In this document: positions 9,889 to 19,925 of the stretch, piece by piece | Position numbering within the stretch: the stretch's first letter is position 1 | How the letters are laid out: each line of letters opens with the position of its first letter | Assembly: GCA_024762895.1 (NCBI GenBank) | Contig: JANTGN010000001.1 | Coordinates: 1 to 44,320 of the forward strand | Source of the DNA: Thiotrichales bacterium | GTDB lineage: Bacteria; Pseudomonadota; Gammaproteobacteria; J044 | Direction: 5' to 3' | DNA: 44,320 nucleotides | Made by a program: the position numbers and the translations under genes | Notes under the pieces: generated by a model | The model's database searches: none | Seen by the model: only the letters and a program-made list of their open reading frames with translations | Told to the model about the DNA's origin: nothing

Positions 9889-11174
9889 TAGTCGTTTCCT
9901 TCATCCGAGGTGTAGCGCTCCAGCTGGCGGCCGGCCCTGACACGTTTAATGGCATTGTTCTTGGTCTGGGTTATTTCCATCGGGTGCCCCTGGATCAGCA
10001 CGCTGGTGCCGGGCTCAGGGATGAGTTCCATATGTTCGATGATGAGGCCATTCAGGGTGCGGGGACCGGAAGTAGGGAGTTGCCATCCCAGGGTCCGGTT
10101 AATTTCACGTATATGAGTGCTGCCATCAATGAGCCAGGTCTCGTCATCCTGAGGAATGATGTGTTTTGAATAGCCCGAAGGGTCGGTGGTGAATTCACCG
10201 ACGATTTCCTCGAGCAGGTCTTCCATGGTGACCAGGCCCATGATATCGCCATATTCATCGACCACCAGGCCGATGCGACGTTTTTCAGCCTGGAAGTTTC
10301 TTAGCTGGCGATTCAGTGAGGTGCCTTCGGGGATGAAATGGACCTCACGAAGTGACTGCATGAGGGTGTCACGAGTAAGTTCTCCCCGCATGATGTGATC
10401 CAGGATCTTACGTAAATGCAAAAAACCCTTTACGTTATCGATACTGCCCTGAAACACGGGCAGCCGGGTGTATGAGCTGCGGGTCAGTTCGCTGATGATG
10501 TCTTCCCAGTCGTCATCCAGATCCAGACCCACCACTTCATTACGTGGGACCATAATGTCTTCTACCGTGGCTTCTTCCAGGTCCAGAATGCCCAGTAACA
10601 TCTTTTGATGCTTGTCCGGGATCAGGCTATTGGTCTCGTTGACGACGGTACGTAATTCTTCGCGGCTCAACGAGGCATCGCTGCGGGCCTCAACCGGAAC
10701 GCCCAGCAGTTTCAGGAGCGCATTGGCAATCAGGTTGACGGTCCATACCAGTGGGTAGGCGATCGTTAGTAGCGGGGTGTATATCAGCGCTGCGGGAAAG
10801 GCCACCTGTTCGGAGTGCAGGGCCGCCAGGGTCTTGGGGGCCACCTCGGCAAAGATCAGAAGCATCAGGGTCAGGATGCCGGTGGCGATGGCAATGCCCG
10901 TGTCTCCATAGAGGCGCAGACCAATAAAGGTCGCCAGCTGGGTAATCAGGATATTAACGAAGTTGTTGCCCAGCAGGATCAGACCTATCAGTCGATCGGG
11001 TTTATCGAGCAGGCGTTGTGCGCGTTGTGCTCCCTTGTGGCCCGCCTCGGCCAGGTGACGAAGACGATAACGGTTGAGGGCCATCAGTGCGGTTTCTGAA
11101 CCCGAGAAAAAAGCGGAAAGAAAAAACAGCAGAAACAGGATGGCGAAGAGTACGCCTAAGGGGATGGTGTCCAA
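9888..11174 (-). CDS. yfjD: HlyC/CorC (CNNM) family transporter, DUF21-CBS-CorC_HlyC architecture
   Basis: 428 aa with an N-terminal membrane DUF21 region, a CBS pair and a CorC/HlyC C-terminal domain. It has the same position relative to ypjD and ffh as E. coli yfjD. Confidence 0.8.
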   Translation of the reverse strand: MDTIPLGVLFAILFLLFFLSAFFSGSETALMALNRYRLRHLAEAGHKGAQRAQRLLDKPDRLIGLILLGNNFVNILITQLATFIGLRLYGDTGIAIATGILTLMLLIFAEVAPKTLAALHSEQVAFPAALIYTPLLTIAYPLVWTVNLIANALLKLLGVPVEARSDASLSREELRTVVNETNSLIPDKHQKMLLGILDLEEATVEDIMVPRNEVVGLDLDDDWEDIISELTRSSYTRLPVFQGSIDNVKGFLHLRKILDHIMRGELTRDTLMQSLREVHFIPEGTSLNRQLRNFQAEKRRIGLVVDEYGDIMGLVTMEDLLEEIVGEFTTDPSGYSKHIIPQDDETWLIDGSTHIREINRTLGWQLPTSGPRTLNGLIIEHMELIPEPGTSVLIQGHPMEITQTKNNAIKRVRAGRQLERYTSDEGND

Positions 11175-11232
11175 GTAGAGTCAGTCCCAAAGATCATGAA
11201 TACACACATTACAGGATGACAGTCGTGGACTG

Positions 11233-12045
11233 TCAAGCCCGATCGAGGATGAGCTCCAGAACCAGCTTACTGCCAAAATACGCCAGCATCAGAACAATGA
11301 AGCCACCCAGGGTCCAGCGAACGGCGAGTTTCCCTCTCCATCCGAATTGCCAGTGACCCCATAGCAGGATCCCGAAAATGATCCAGGCAGTGAATGAAAG
11401 AATGGTCTTATGCACCAGATGCTGAGCAAAGATGTTATCCAGGTACATAAAGCCTGTGCCCAGGGCTATGGTCAGTAGCACAAAACCCACTGCGATAAAC
11501 TGGAATAGGAGGCGTTCCATTTCCTGTAGCGAGGGGAGTATACGCAATAGTCCGCCCGGGCGGTGGTTATGCAAATGACGATTCTGGTATGACAACAGGA
11601 GTGCCTGGAGGGTGGCCAGGCTAAACAGGCTATAGGCAAGCAGGGAGATAAAGATATGGACTTCCAGCCCCGGGTTAGTGTGGGTTGTGACGAAGGTTAT
11701 TTCGGGTATGGTGCCGGCTAAAATCTGGGTCAGGCCTGCCAGCGGCAACAGGATCAGGCCCAGACTGATGGTAGTGCGTCCAAAGCAGGAAACCAGCAGT
11801 AGTGCAGCAGCCAGCCAGCCCACGGTGGACAGTGCACGAAAGAAGCCAAGATTCAGCCCTTCGGGGGTGACGACCAGTCCATACAGAGAGATGGCGTGAA
11901 TAATGAGGGCGCCGCCCCAGGTAGCCAGCAACCAGCGAGCATTAATGCCCGGTTTGTCATCCAGGCGTTCGCGTAGTATTAACGCAATCAGGATACTACT
12001 GATAATATAAAGAATGGCTGAAACTGGGCTCAGGGCTGGTTGCAT
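11233..12045 (-). CDS. ypjD: cytochrome c assembly (CcsA-like) family inner membrane protein
   Basis: 270 aa polytopic membrane protein, divergent from the ffh-side genes as ypjD is in E. coli. Confidence 0.7.
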   Translation of the reverse strand: MQPALSPVSAILYIISSILIALILRERLDDKPGINARWLLATWGGALIIHAISLYGLVVTPEGLNLGFFRALSTVGWLAAALLLVSCFGRTTISLGLILLPLAGLTQILAGTIPEITFVTTHTNPGLEVHIFISLLAYSLFSLATLQALLLSYQNRHLHNHRPGGLLRILPSLQEMERLLFQFIAVGFVLLTIALGTGFMYLDNIFAQHLVHKTILSFTAWIIFGILLWGHWQFGWRGKLAVRWTLGGFIVLMLAYFGSKLVLELILDRA

Positions 12046-12251
12046 AGGTGTGCTGAGTGGTGATGGTTGATATTAAATAGAAGCATAACCGGCTTTGGCT
12101 TCTATGGGAATTGGCGTTTGATCGACAGTTTTAAACGATATAACGTGATGTCCTTCACATTTTGGCGCAGGCCAGCCTGCATCATGGAGCCTGCTTTGAG
12201 ATTATGGCCTCCCGGTAACGTGCCCGTCACAATTTTATCTAAAGTCTAATC

Positions 12252-13019
12252 ATGAAGTTAAGAATTCTGGGATGCAGCGGTGGTATCGGTGGTGACCGAA
12301 GAACCACCTCCATACTGATTGATGAGGACATCCTGATCGATTGCGGTACCGGTGTGGGTAATCTCAGTGTCGAAGAGATGCGCAAGCTGCGCCATGTCTT
12401 TCTGACCCATACCCACCTCGATCATATCGCGACCCTGCCGTTGCTGGTGGATACCCTGTTCAATGATCTGCATGATCGTCCCCTGGTGATCCATGCCCTG
12501 GAAGAGAGTATGGAGATCATTAAGCAACATATCTTCAACTGGCAGATCTGGCCCGATTTTTTTGAATTACCCGACAAAAGTCGCCCCAGTATCGAGTTTC
12601 AGGCCATGTCGGCGGGTGAGACCAGAGAATTGCAGGGGCGTACCATCGAGATGATACCGGTAAACCACTCCGTCCCGGGTGTGGGCTATCGAATCCAGAA
12701 TGATACCGGGAGCTTCGCCTTTAGCGGTGATACCACGACCAACGATACCCTCTGGGAGGTGCTGAATCGCCATGATGGGCTCGATATGCTGGTCATTGAG
12801 TGCGCCTTCTCGAATAGTGAAAAGCAACTCAGTGACCTCGCTGGTCATTATTGCCCGGAGACCCTGATTGCGGATATGTCCAAGCTCAGGCATCGTCCTC
12901 GGGTCTTCATCACCCACCTCAAACCGGGTGAAGAAGATCAGACCTTTCAGGAAATCACTGAAGGGCTGCGTGGTTTTGATGTTGTCCGTTTACACAGTGA
13001 AGACCATTTCCAGTTATAA
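12252..13019 (+). CDS. metallo-beta-lactamase-fold 3',5'-cyclic-nucleotide phosphodiesterase (class II type)
   Basis: 255 aa. The N-terminus LRILGCSGGIGGDRRTTSILIDEDILIDCGTG and the HTHLDH metal motif resemble class II cNMP phosphodiesterases. The substrate was not determined. Confidence 0.65.
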   Translation: MKLRILGCSGGIGGDRRTTSILIDEDILIDCGTGVGNLSVEEMRKLRHVFLTHTHLDHIATLPLLVDTLFNDLHDRPLVIHALEESMEIIKQHIFNWQIWPDFFELPDKSRPSIEFQAMSAGETRELQGRTIEMIPVNHSVPGVGYRIQNDTGSFAFSGDTTTNDTLWEVLNRHDGLDMLVIECAFSNSEKQLSDLAGHYCPETLIADMSKLRHRPRVFITHLKPGEEDQTFQEITEGLRGFDVVRLHSEDHFQL

Positions 13020-13064
13020 TCCCTGCCATTCTGATTTCCCCTTTACCGTATCCCCGGGGTAGGC

Positions 13065-14423
13065 ATGTTCGATAATTTAAGTTCGCGTCTTAATGACACT
13101 ATTCGTGGTATTCGTGGCAAGGCCCGTTTAACCGAAGAAAATATCAAGGACGCCCTGCGTGAGGTGCGCATGGCCCTGCTGGAGGCCGATGTTGCGCTTC
13201 CGGTCGTCAAACAGTTTGTTACCGAGGTCAAGGAACGGGCCGTCGGTGAAGACGTAGTTCAGAGTATTTCCCCCGGCCAGGCCTTTATCAAGATCGTCAA
13301 TGACGAACTGGTTCGCGTCATGGGCGACCACAATGAGAGCCTGAATCTGGCGGCACAACCTCCGGCGGTCATCCTGATGGCGGGTCTGCAGGGCGCAGGT
13401 AAGACCACCACCGTGGGTAAGCTGGCTCGCTTTCTCAAGGAAAAGGAAGGTAAATCGGTGATGGTCGTGTCCTGTGACATCTATCGTCCGGCGGCCATCC
13501 ATCAGTTACAGACCGTTGCGGAGCAGGTGGATGTGGATTTCTATCCCAGCAAGGCCGGTCAGCCGGTCACCGAGATCGCGCGAAATGCCCTGCACGAGGC
13601 CAAGAAGCAATTCAAGGATGTGCTGATTGTCGATACCGCAGGGCGCCTGCATATCGATGCGGATATGATGGATGAGATACAGATTATCCACGAGACCGTA
13701 CGCCCGATTGAGACGCTGTTCGTGGTGGATAGTATGACCGGGCAGGATGCGGCGAATACCGCCAAGGCCTTTAATGATGCCCTGCCGCTAACCGGCGTGA
13801 TACTGACCAAGGCCGATGGTGATGCGCGGGGTGGTGCGGCACTCTCGGTGCGCAGTATTACTGGCAAGCCGATCAAGTTTATGGGCATGGGTGAAAAGCT
13901 CGATGCCCTTGAGCCCTTTTTTCCCGATCGTGTCGCCTCTCGAATTCTGGGTATGGGGGATGTGGTCAGCCTGGTCGAAGAGGCCCAGGAAAAGGTCGAT
14001 CATGACAAGGCAGCCAGGCTTGCCAAGAAGATCAAGAAGGGTAAGGGGTTTGATCTCGAGGATCTGCGTGACCAGCTTGAGCAGATGCAGAATATGGGGG
14101 GGCTTTCGTCGCTGATGGATAAGCTCCCCGGCGCGGCCAATCTGCCGGAGCACGTCAAGCAACAGGCGGATGACGGCCAGTTCCGGCGCATGGTCGCCAT
14201 TATCAATTCCATGACCCCGAAGGAGCGTCGCTTCCCCGCCATTATCAAGGGGTCACGGAAACGTCGTATCGCGGCAGGCTCGGGTACCCAGGTCCAGGAT
14301 GTCAATCGACTACTCAAGCAGCATCTGCAGATGGCCAAGGCCATGAAAAAGTTTTCCAAGGGGGGCATGGGCAAGATGATGCGCATGATGCAGGGCAAAA
14401 TGCCCCCCGGTATGCCGTTCTAG
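13065..14423 (+). CDS. ffh: signal recognition particle protein Ffh
   Basis: 452 aa with GTPase motifs GLQGAGKTTT, DTAGR and TKADGDARGG, plus a Met-rich M domain at the C-terminus. Confidence 0.97.
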   Translation: MFDNLSSRLNDTIRGIRGKARLTEENIKDALREVRMALLEADVALPVVKQFVTEVKERAVGEDVVQSISPGQAFIKIVNDELVRVMGDHNESLNLAAQPPAVILMAGLQGAGKTTTVGKLARFLKEKEGKSVMVVSCDIYRPAAIHQLQTVAEQVDVDFYPSKAGQPVTEIARNALHEAKKQFKDVLIVDTAGRLHIDADMMDEIQIIHETVRPIETLFVVDSMTGQDAANTAKAFNDALPLTGVILTKADGDARGGAALSVRSITGKPIKFMGMGEKLDALEPFFPDRVASRILGMGDVVSLVEEAQEKVDHDKAARLAKKIKKGKGFDLEDLRDQLEQMQNMGGLSSLMDKLPGAANLPEHVKQQADDGQFRRMVAIINSMTPKERRFPAIIKGSRKRRIAAGSGTQVQDVNRLLKQHLQMAKAMKKFSKGGMGKMMRMMQGKMPPGMPF

Positions 14424-14458
14424 CCGACTAATCGACCAAGAGATCCTCAGGAGAAACC

Positions 14459-15202
14459 ATGATAAAAATAAAATCCATACTCATTACCGGGTTCTGTCTG
14501 TTACTGTTTTTACCCACTGTCCAGGCCGGTATGAGTCTGACCCTGGTTGGAGATGCCTGGCCGCCCTATGTGGATAGGAATCTGCCAGAACAGGGCATGG
14601 CCTCCGAGATCGTTGTGACTGCCCTGAAACGTGCCGGGTATGAGCCCAAGGTCCGGGTTGAGAACTGGATGCGTGTCCTGGAGGGAGGTGAAATAGGGAT
14701 TTATGACGGTATTGTGGCTGCATGGAATACCCCCGAACGGTCGGAAAAATTTCTGTTCAGTGATCCCTATTATGTCAATACCATTAAACTGGTTAAGCGA
14801 AAAGACGCCGATTTTAGTTTCAGAAGGATCTTTCAGGAGCAGGGACTGGTAGTCGGTTATGTGGAGGGCTATGCCTATAATGAGAAGCTGAAGAAGCCCC
14901 AGAACCTGATCCTGGTGCCCAGTAATCACGTGTTACAGAATCTGATGAAGCTGCAACAGGGGCAGATTGATCTGACCCTCGCGGATGAAGGGGTCTTAAA
15001 ATATCAGCTGGCAAATTATTTTGCTAATAATAAGGATCAGTTTGAACTGGATGATCAGGTATTCTCAGAGCGTCAATTGCATTTTATGGTGAGTAAACTC
15101 AATCCCAGTCATGCCAAGATCATCCAGGCCTTTAATCAGTCGCTGGCCGAGATGAAAAAGGATGGCACCTATCAGAAGATTGTGGATCGTCATCTGAAGT
15201 AA
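14459..15202 (+). CDS. periplasmic solute-binding protein, family 3 (orphan, with no adjacent permease or ATPase)
   Basis: 247 aa with a signal peptide (LLLFLPTVQA) and SBP_bac_3-like sequence character. By eye it is AT-richer than its neighbours. Confidence 0.7.
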   Translation: MIKIKSILITGFCLLLFLPTVQAGMSLTLVGDAWPPYVDRNLPEQGMASEIVVTALKRAGYEPKVRVENWMRVLEGGEIGIYDGIVAAWNTPERSEKFLFSDPYYVNTIKLVKRKDADFSFRRIFQEQGLVVGYVEGYAYNEKLKKPQNLILVPSNHVLQNLMKLQQGQIDLTLADEGVLKYQLANYFANNKDQFELDDQVFSERQLHFMVSKLNPSHAKIIQAFNQSLAEMKKDGTYQKIVDRHLK

Positions 15203-15235
15203 ACGCTAGTACAGGTCTTATAGGTCAAAAAGCAG

Positions 15236-15263
15236 AAACCCCGATCTCTGGATCGGGGTTTTT
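15236..15263. terminator. bidirectional rho-independent terminator between convergent genes
   Basis: AAACCCCGATC-tctg-GATCGGGGTTT is a perfect 11-bp stem, flanked by an A-run on the 5' side and a T-run on the 3' side. Confidence 0.75.
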
Positions 15264-15286
15264 CGTTGTTGACCTGTGCCTATGGG

Positions 15287-15874
15287 CTACTGGGCCGATT
15301 TTGTGGCCTTTGAACCGGGAGGGAAGCCACTCAGGATCTTGGTCACGGTCTGATTGATGCTGGCGGTGATTTTCTCAGGGGTGTCGCCATCATCGACATA
15401 GTCCTGACCGGTACCACGCCATATAAGCTGTTTGTCCTTACTGTCGGCAATATCGATAATCAGGGTACCTTCCTGGTATTCGACATCATAGGTCTGGGAG
15501 TATCCGGGCCAGTAACCGCCATATCCCCAGGCCCCATAGCCATAGCCCATACCGCCATAATAGGTGTTGATGGTCTCGCGGCGAATCTTGTTTTCGATGC
15601 CTCCGAACCAGTTGACATAGAAATCGGCCTTGTCCTTCCCGACCAGTTTGTAGCCCTTGGACTGCAGATCAGCATCCACGGCAGCTACGACGCGATTTAT
15701 GATCAGGCTGTTGTTGACGCGGATATCATTACTGGGGGCTTCTCCTTCTAGCCAGGCATAGGTCTTGAGCGCAGTAAAATCGTATTCGGGCTCATAATCG
15801 GTCTTGACCGTCAGGGTGCTACAACCTGCAAGTAAAAACAGGCTCAGTACACCTGAATTTATTAGTTTGATCAT
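15287..15874 (-). CDS. DUF4136-like outer-membrane lipoprotein
   Basis: I prefer the start at the internal Met (MIKLINSGVLSLFLLAGCSTL, signal peptide plus lipobox) over the ORF-track start at 15913. The protein has a Gly/Tyr-rich loop (YYGGMGYGYGAWGYGGYWPGY). Confidence 0.6.
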   Translation of the reverse strand: MIKLINSGVLSLFLLAGCSTLTVKTDYEPEYDFTALKTYAWLEGEAPSNDIRVNNSLIINRVVAAVDADLQSKGYKLVGKDKADFYVNWFGGIENKIRRETINTYYGGMGYGYGAWGYGGYWPGYSQTYDVEYQEGTLIIDIADSKDKQLIWRGTGQDYVDDGDTPEKITASINQTVTKILSGFPPGSKATKSAQ

Positions 15875-15987
15875 GGTTCTTGCTCCTGTGCAGGGGGGAT
15901 TAGCGACATGCATATTTTATCAGGCTAGCATAAGTGACATCGAATTATGGAAGTCTCGGAATTTATGAGAAAAAACACAATTAGCAC

Positions 15988-16016
15988 TTCACAAAACGTG
16001 CATAAAGGCATAGAAT
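15988..16016 (+). promoter_or_regulatory. candidate sigma70 promoter of the rpsP-rimM-trmD-rplS operon
   Basis: TTCACA, a 17-nt spacer, then TAGAAT, about 80 nt upstream of the rpsP ATG. Confidence 0.4.
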
Positions 16017-16097
16017 TCGCCGTTTATTTTCGCCGTCAATCTGAATGGTTTATCGGCAGCTAACAGAAATTCAAGTTATTTCAAGGATTTACCTTAA

Positions 16098-16349
16098 ATG
16101 ATCGCAATTAGACTTGCTCGTGGTGGTGCCAAGAAGCGCCCCTTTTATCACGTGGTGGTAACCGATTCTCGTAAGCGTCGTGATAGCGGCTATATCGAGC
16201 GCCTGGGCTATTTCAATCCTCGTGCTACCGGCCAGGAAGTGCGTCTGCACCTCGAAGGTGATCGTATCGAACACTGGCTGAAAGAAGGCGCACAGCCTTC
16301 TGAGACAGCAGCCAAGCTGATCAAGACCTTCAAGAAGCAGGCTGCTTGA
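16098..16349 (+). CDS. rpsP: 30S ribosomal protein S16
   Basis: 83 aa beginning [21 protein letters not shown]. It is in the conserved operon position. Confidence 0.97.
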   Translation: MIAIRLARGGAKKRPFYHVVVTDSRKRRDSGYIERLGYFNPRATGQEVRLHLEGDRIEHWLKEGAQPSETAAKLIKTFKKQAA

Positions 16350-16366
16350 TTCGGGATTGAGTCCCG

Positions 16367-16879
16367 ATGGCTGAAGAGACCACCAGGCGTGTAACGCTTG
16401 GCCGGATCAACGGCCATTTTGGTGTAAAGGGCTGGGTCAAGGTTTACTCGGATACCCAGCCGAAAGAACAGATTGTCAAGTACTCACCCTGGTGGCTTAA
16501 ACGGGGTAAAGAGTGGAGTACTATCAAGGTCCTGGAAGGAAAGGTGCATGGCAAGACCGTCATCGCCAGACTGGAAGGGATTGACAGCAGGGAACTGGCC
16601 GAGCCGCTGATGGGTGCCGAGATTGCAATCAATCGCGACCAGATGCAGCCAGCGGCCGAAGGTGAGTATTACTGGCTGGACCTGATTGGACTTCGGGTGG
16701 AAAACCTTGCCGGAATAGAGCTGGGCGAGGTCAGGAGCCTGATGGAAACCGGTGCAAATGATGTGCTGGTAGTTAGAGGTGAACGAGAGCGCCTCATCCC
16801 CTTTGTCCAGGGGCAATTCATCAAGGAAGTGGATCTGGAAAACGGGAAGATAAGGGTCGATTGGGACCCAGAGTTTTAA
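16367..16879 (+). CDS. rimM: ribosome maturation factor RimM
   Basis: 170 aa with a [16 protein letters not shown]-terminus, located between rpsP and trmD. Confidence 0.9.
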   Translation: MAEETTRRVTLGRINGHFGVKGWVKVYSDTQPKEQIVKYSPWWLKRGKEWSTIKVLEGKVHGKTVIARLEGIDSRELAEPLMGAEIAINRDQMQPAAEGEYYWLDLIGLRVENLAGIELGEVRSLMETGANDVLVVRGERERLIPFVQGQFIKEVDLENGKIRVDWDPEF

Positions 16880-16883
16880 ATTC

Positions 16884-17618
16884 ATGCGATTTGATGTCGT
16901 TACGCTGTTCCCAGAAATGGTGGAAACAGTGACAGGCTTCGGGGTCATCAGCCGAGCAGAAAAAACTGGGCTGATGGAGCTGAAGACCTGGAATCCCAGG
17001 GAGTATACCCAGGATGTACATCGAACCGTCGATGACCGGCCCTATGGTGGGGGACCGGGCATGGTAATGCAGATTGAGCCCTTGCAGCACGCCATTGAGG
17101 ATGCGCGCAAGGCAAACCCCGGGGCCAGGGTCGTTTATTTGAGTCCCCAGGGTCGCTTACTTGACCAGGATGCTGTCAGGAACTTTGCTCAGCTGGATGG
17201 TCTGATATTGTTGTCAGGTCGCTATGAAGGCATTGATGAGCGCCTGATTGAATCCGAGGTCGATGAGGAATGGTCCATTGGTGATTATGTCCTCAGTGGC
17301 GGGGAGCTGGCAGCGATGGTACTTATCGATGCAGTAACTCGCCTGATACCCGGAGTGCTTGGTGACAAGGACTCTGCACAGCAGGACTCCTTTATGGATG
17401 GCCTGCTGGATTATCCTCATTACACCCGGCCAGAGGTGTATGAGGGCAGGATGGTTCCCCAGGTGTTGCTGGGTGGTAATCACGCAAAAATTGCGCAGTG
17501 GCGCAGACAGCAGTCGCTGGTACGGACTTTTTTGAGAAGGCCAGACCTGCTGGAAAAGATTGAATTGAGTGACGAAGACCGTTCTCTACTCGAGGCCATT
17601 CTTCGTGAACAGGAATAG
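16884..17618 (+). CDS. trmD: tRNA (guanine37-N1)-methyltransferase
   Basis: 244 aa beginning [12 protein letters not shown], with the [11 protein letters not shown] motif. Confidence 0.95.
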   Translation: MRFDVVTLFPEMVETVTGFGVISRAEKTGLMELKTWNPREYTQDVHRTVDDRPYGGGPGMVMQIEPLQHAIEDARKANPGARVVYLSPQGRLLDQDAVRNFAQLDGLILLSGRYEGIDERLIESEVDEEWSIGDYVLSGGELAAMVLIDAVTRLIPGVLGDKDSAQQDSFMDGLLDYPHYTRPEVYEGRMVPQVLLGGNHAKIAQWRRQQSLVRTFLRRPDLLEKIELSDEDRSLLEAILREQE

Positions 17619-17641
17619 TGTTTTTTTAGGGGTTTTTTACC

Positions 17642-17986
17642 ATGAGCAACATCATTAAACAGCTTGAAGCAGAACAGATGACTAAGGATATCCCGGACTT
17701 TGCACCCGGTGATACCGTGGTAGTTCAGGTTCGTGTTAAGGAAGGTAACCGGGAACGCCTGCAGGCCTTTGAGGGTGTTGTCCTCGCCGTCAGGAACCGT
17801 GGCCTGAATTCCGCTTTTACCGTACGTAAGATCTCTCACGGTGAAGGTGTTGAGCGTGTCTTCCAGACCTATAGCCCGGCTATTGCCGAGATCAAGGTCA
17901 AACGACGCGGTAAGGTTCGTCGTGCCAAGCTGTATTACCTACGTGGTCGTACCGGTAAGGCTGCACGTATCAAGGAACGTGTCTAA
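17642..17986 (+). CDS. rplS: 50S ribosomal protein L19
   Basis: 114 aa beginning [13 protein letters not shown] and containing [21 protein letters not shown]. Confidence 0.97.
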   Translation: MSNIIKQLEAEQMTKDIPDFAPGDTVVVQVRVKEGNRERLQAFEGVVLAVRNRGLNSAFTVRKISHGEGVERVFQTYSPAIAEIKVKRRGKVRRAKLYYLRGRTGKAARIKERV

Positions 17987-18016
17987 TCCAGGTCTTTTCT
18001 GGTAACAGGACAGAAT

Positions 18017-18052
18017 ACAGGCGCCTTCGGTCTCGAATGCGCCTGTTTTTTT
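18017..18052 (+). terminator. rho-independent terminator of the rpsP operon
   Basis: ACAGGCGC ... GCGCCTGT stem with an inner TTCG/CGAA pairing, followed by TTTTTTT. Confidence 0.75.
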
Positions 18053-18054
18053 GC

Positions 18055-19797
18055 ATGAAATTTACAACTGCATTTAAATCTGCCCTGCTGATGCTTTTCC
18101 TGCTCTGGACGGGAATGGTCAGTGCCAGCAGCATTCAGGAAGTCAAAGATATCGCCAGGGCGGGTGCCCCTGAGCTGGCATTGTCGATGATCAAACGCTT
18201 TCAGCCTGAGCATGAAAAACTACCCGTGCGTTGGGCGTCCTGGGAAACACTGCGGCTAGATATCCTGACCGACGAGGAGCGATGGCAGGATATTATTCAG
18301 CGTATCAAGCGGTATCCTGCGCCGCTATCCCCTGACTTCATGCTGAAATCCAGAACGATACTGGCCAATGCACATTTACAGTCCGGAGGGCCGGCACAGG
18401 CCCTGTCGATATATCGGCAACTAATCTGGGACGAGTATGGCGAATCGTTACCGGATCAGTGGAGACCCTGGCGCCTGGGTGTTATTCGTTCCTATATTGG
18501 CCAGGAGCGTCTCGATCTTGCCCTGATTGCCTGGCGACGCTATGAGCAGGATTATCCCGATCTCAAGGCGAGTGAACTGGAACTTCGTGCGCGTCTGGCC
18601 CTGCAGGCTGGACAAGCCGATGAGGCAGTCGATGTTCTGCGTACAGTAGACGAGATCGGGGTGATGCCCGTGCTATTGCTGGCTCAGCTTGACTCCGGAG
18701 ACTTATCACCCAAAAAAGTCATGGCCCAGGTCGAGGCGGCTGTAAAAGAGGCCGATGAGGGGCAGCATCCACAGTTATGGTGGGTGGCGGCGAGTGCAGC
18801 GCAATCGACCCGAGATGGCAGGCAGGAAATTGTCTATCTTCAACGTGCCCTGCAACAAGCCCTGGCGAAAGAAAAAGACCCCCTGTTTCCCATCGATGCC
18901 GAAAGGCTATGGGATGCCTATCTGGCTTATGGTGAGTTTCTGGGCAACCAGCAGGGCCTGCTCGTTGGTGATGATGAGGCATGGCTGGAGATTGCACAAA
19001 CTGAAAAGGATGAGCTGAAACAGGCGGCATACTATGCCGTAACGGCCCTTGAGGGCCAGCTCGGATCTACACGTGAAAAAGGACATGCGGGCCTGATGAA
19101 GGTGCTTCTGGACAGTGGCCACAGTACCGCCATGCTGACTAATTTGTATCTGCATTCTGCAAACTTTCCGACGGTGGAATATATCCCCGAGGTCGTACGC
19201 CCCCTGTTAGCTGAGGCGGCATTAGAACGGGCCGATCATCAGCTGGCCTCGAGCCTGATGCAGGGGGTGAATAAGCCCCCCGAGGGTACGGACAGTTTTG
19301 ACTGGCAATTGCGGCGAGCCCGTATCCATATCCTGGGAGGTCATGAAGACCTGGGTATAGATGTGCTTTATGCCATCCTGGCCGGACACAAGGTGATGGA
19401 TACCAAGCAGGTGGACCGTTTTCTACAGGTCCTGTTCGACCTGCAGACCTTGAAGCGTGATCGAGAGGCGATTGCACTGTTCAATGCCCTGCAGCCTCGA
19501 ATGTCGACCCATAAACAGCAACGTGAACTACTGTTCTGGATGGCCGATTCCTATAAATCCATGGGGCAGAAGGAGCAGGCGGGTTACCTGTATATGAGGT
19601 CGGCCATACTCCTTGATGGTGTGGGCCTGGACCCCTGGGGGCAGACCGCGCGTTTCTTTGCCGCTGAGTCTCTTGCAGATGCGGGTCTGATACACGATGC
19701 GCGCCATCTGTATCAGGGTCTGCTTCGAGTCGCCCAGGACGGGAATCGGAAAATGGTCTTACGTCAGCGGCTGCAACATCTTCAATTGATGGAGTAA
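18055..19797 (+). CDS. secreted all-helical (TPR-like) protein of unknown function
   Basis: I moved the start to the ATG at 18055 because the track start at 18037 lies inside the rplS terminator stem. The N-terminus MKFTTAFKSALLMLFLLWTGMVSASS is a signal peptide. The rest is Leu/Ala/Arg-rich helical repeat with no motif I recognise. Confidence 0.6.
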   Translation: MKFTTAFKSALLMLFLLWTGMVSASSIQEVKDIARAGAPELALSMIKRFQPEHEKLPVRWASWETLRLDILTDEERWQDIIQRIKRYPAPLSPDFMLKSRTILANAHLQSGGPAQALSIYRQLIWDEYGESLPDQWRPWRLGVIRSYIGQERLDLALIAWRRYEQDYPDLKASELELRARLALQAGQADEAVDVLRTVDEIGVMPVLLLAQLDSGDLSPKKVMAQVEAAVKEADEGQHPQLWWVAASAAQSTRDGRQEIVYLQRALQQALAKEKDPLFPIDAERLWDAYLAYGEFLGNQQGLLVGDDEAWLEIAQTEKDELKQAAYYAVTALEGQLGSTREKGHAGLMKVLLDSGHSTAMLTNLYLHSANFPTVEYIPEVVRPLLAEAALERADHQLASSLMQGVNKPPEGTDSFDWQLRRARIHILGGHEDLGIDVLYAILAGHKVMDTKQVDRFLQVLFDLQTLKRDREAIALFNALQPRMSTHKQQRELLFWMADSYKSMGQKEQAGYLYMRSAILLDGVGLDPWGQTARFFAAESLADAGLIHDARHLYQGLLRVAQDGNRKMVLRQRLQHLQLME

Positions 19798-19874
19798 TCT
19801 ACTCTTAAGCTCTTCACGATGGGCCAGGCACAGGCCCTGACCTATCGCTCTCCAATCATCAAATCTAATCAGCT

Positions 19875-19894
19875 AAACAGGCCTCGGCCTGTTT
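19875..19894 (+). terminator. terminator-like hairpin downstream of the 18055-19797 gene
   Basis: AAACAGGCC/GGCCTGTTT stem with a very short loop and only a short T tract (TTTGATT). Confidence 0.35.
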
Positions 19895-19925
19895 GATTGC
19901 TCCACTTCAGAGAGCATAGGGTGAC

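Noticed and set aside
12046-12251. 206-nt ypjD/phosphodiesterase intergenic region with small hairpins (ATAGAAGC..GCTTCTAT, GCAGGC..GCCTGC) and a 60-aa ORF (12067-12249)
   Set aside because: It is a divergent promoter region of ordinary size. The hairpins are short. There is no resemblance to SRP RNA or any riboswitch core I know. The ORF uses a non-ATG start and has no ribosome-binding site.
13683-13691. Single DnaA-box-like TTATCCACG
   Set aside because: It lies inside ffh coding sequence, is an isolated single copy, and has no AT-rich unwinding element adjacent.
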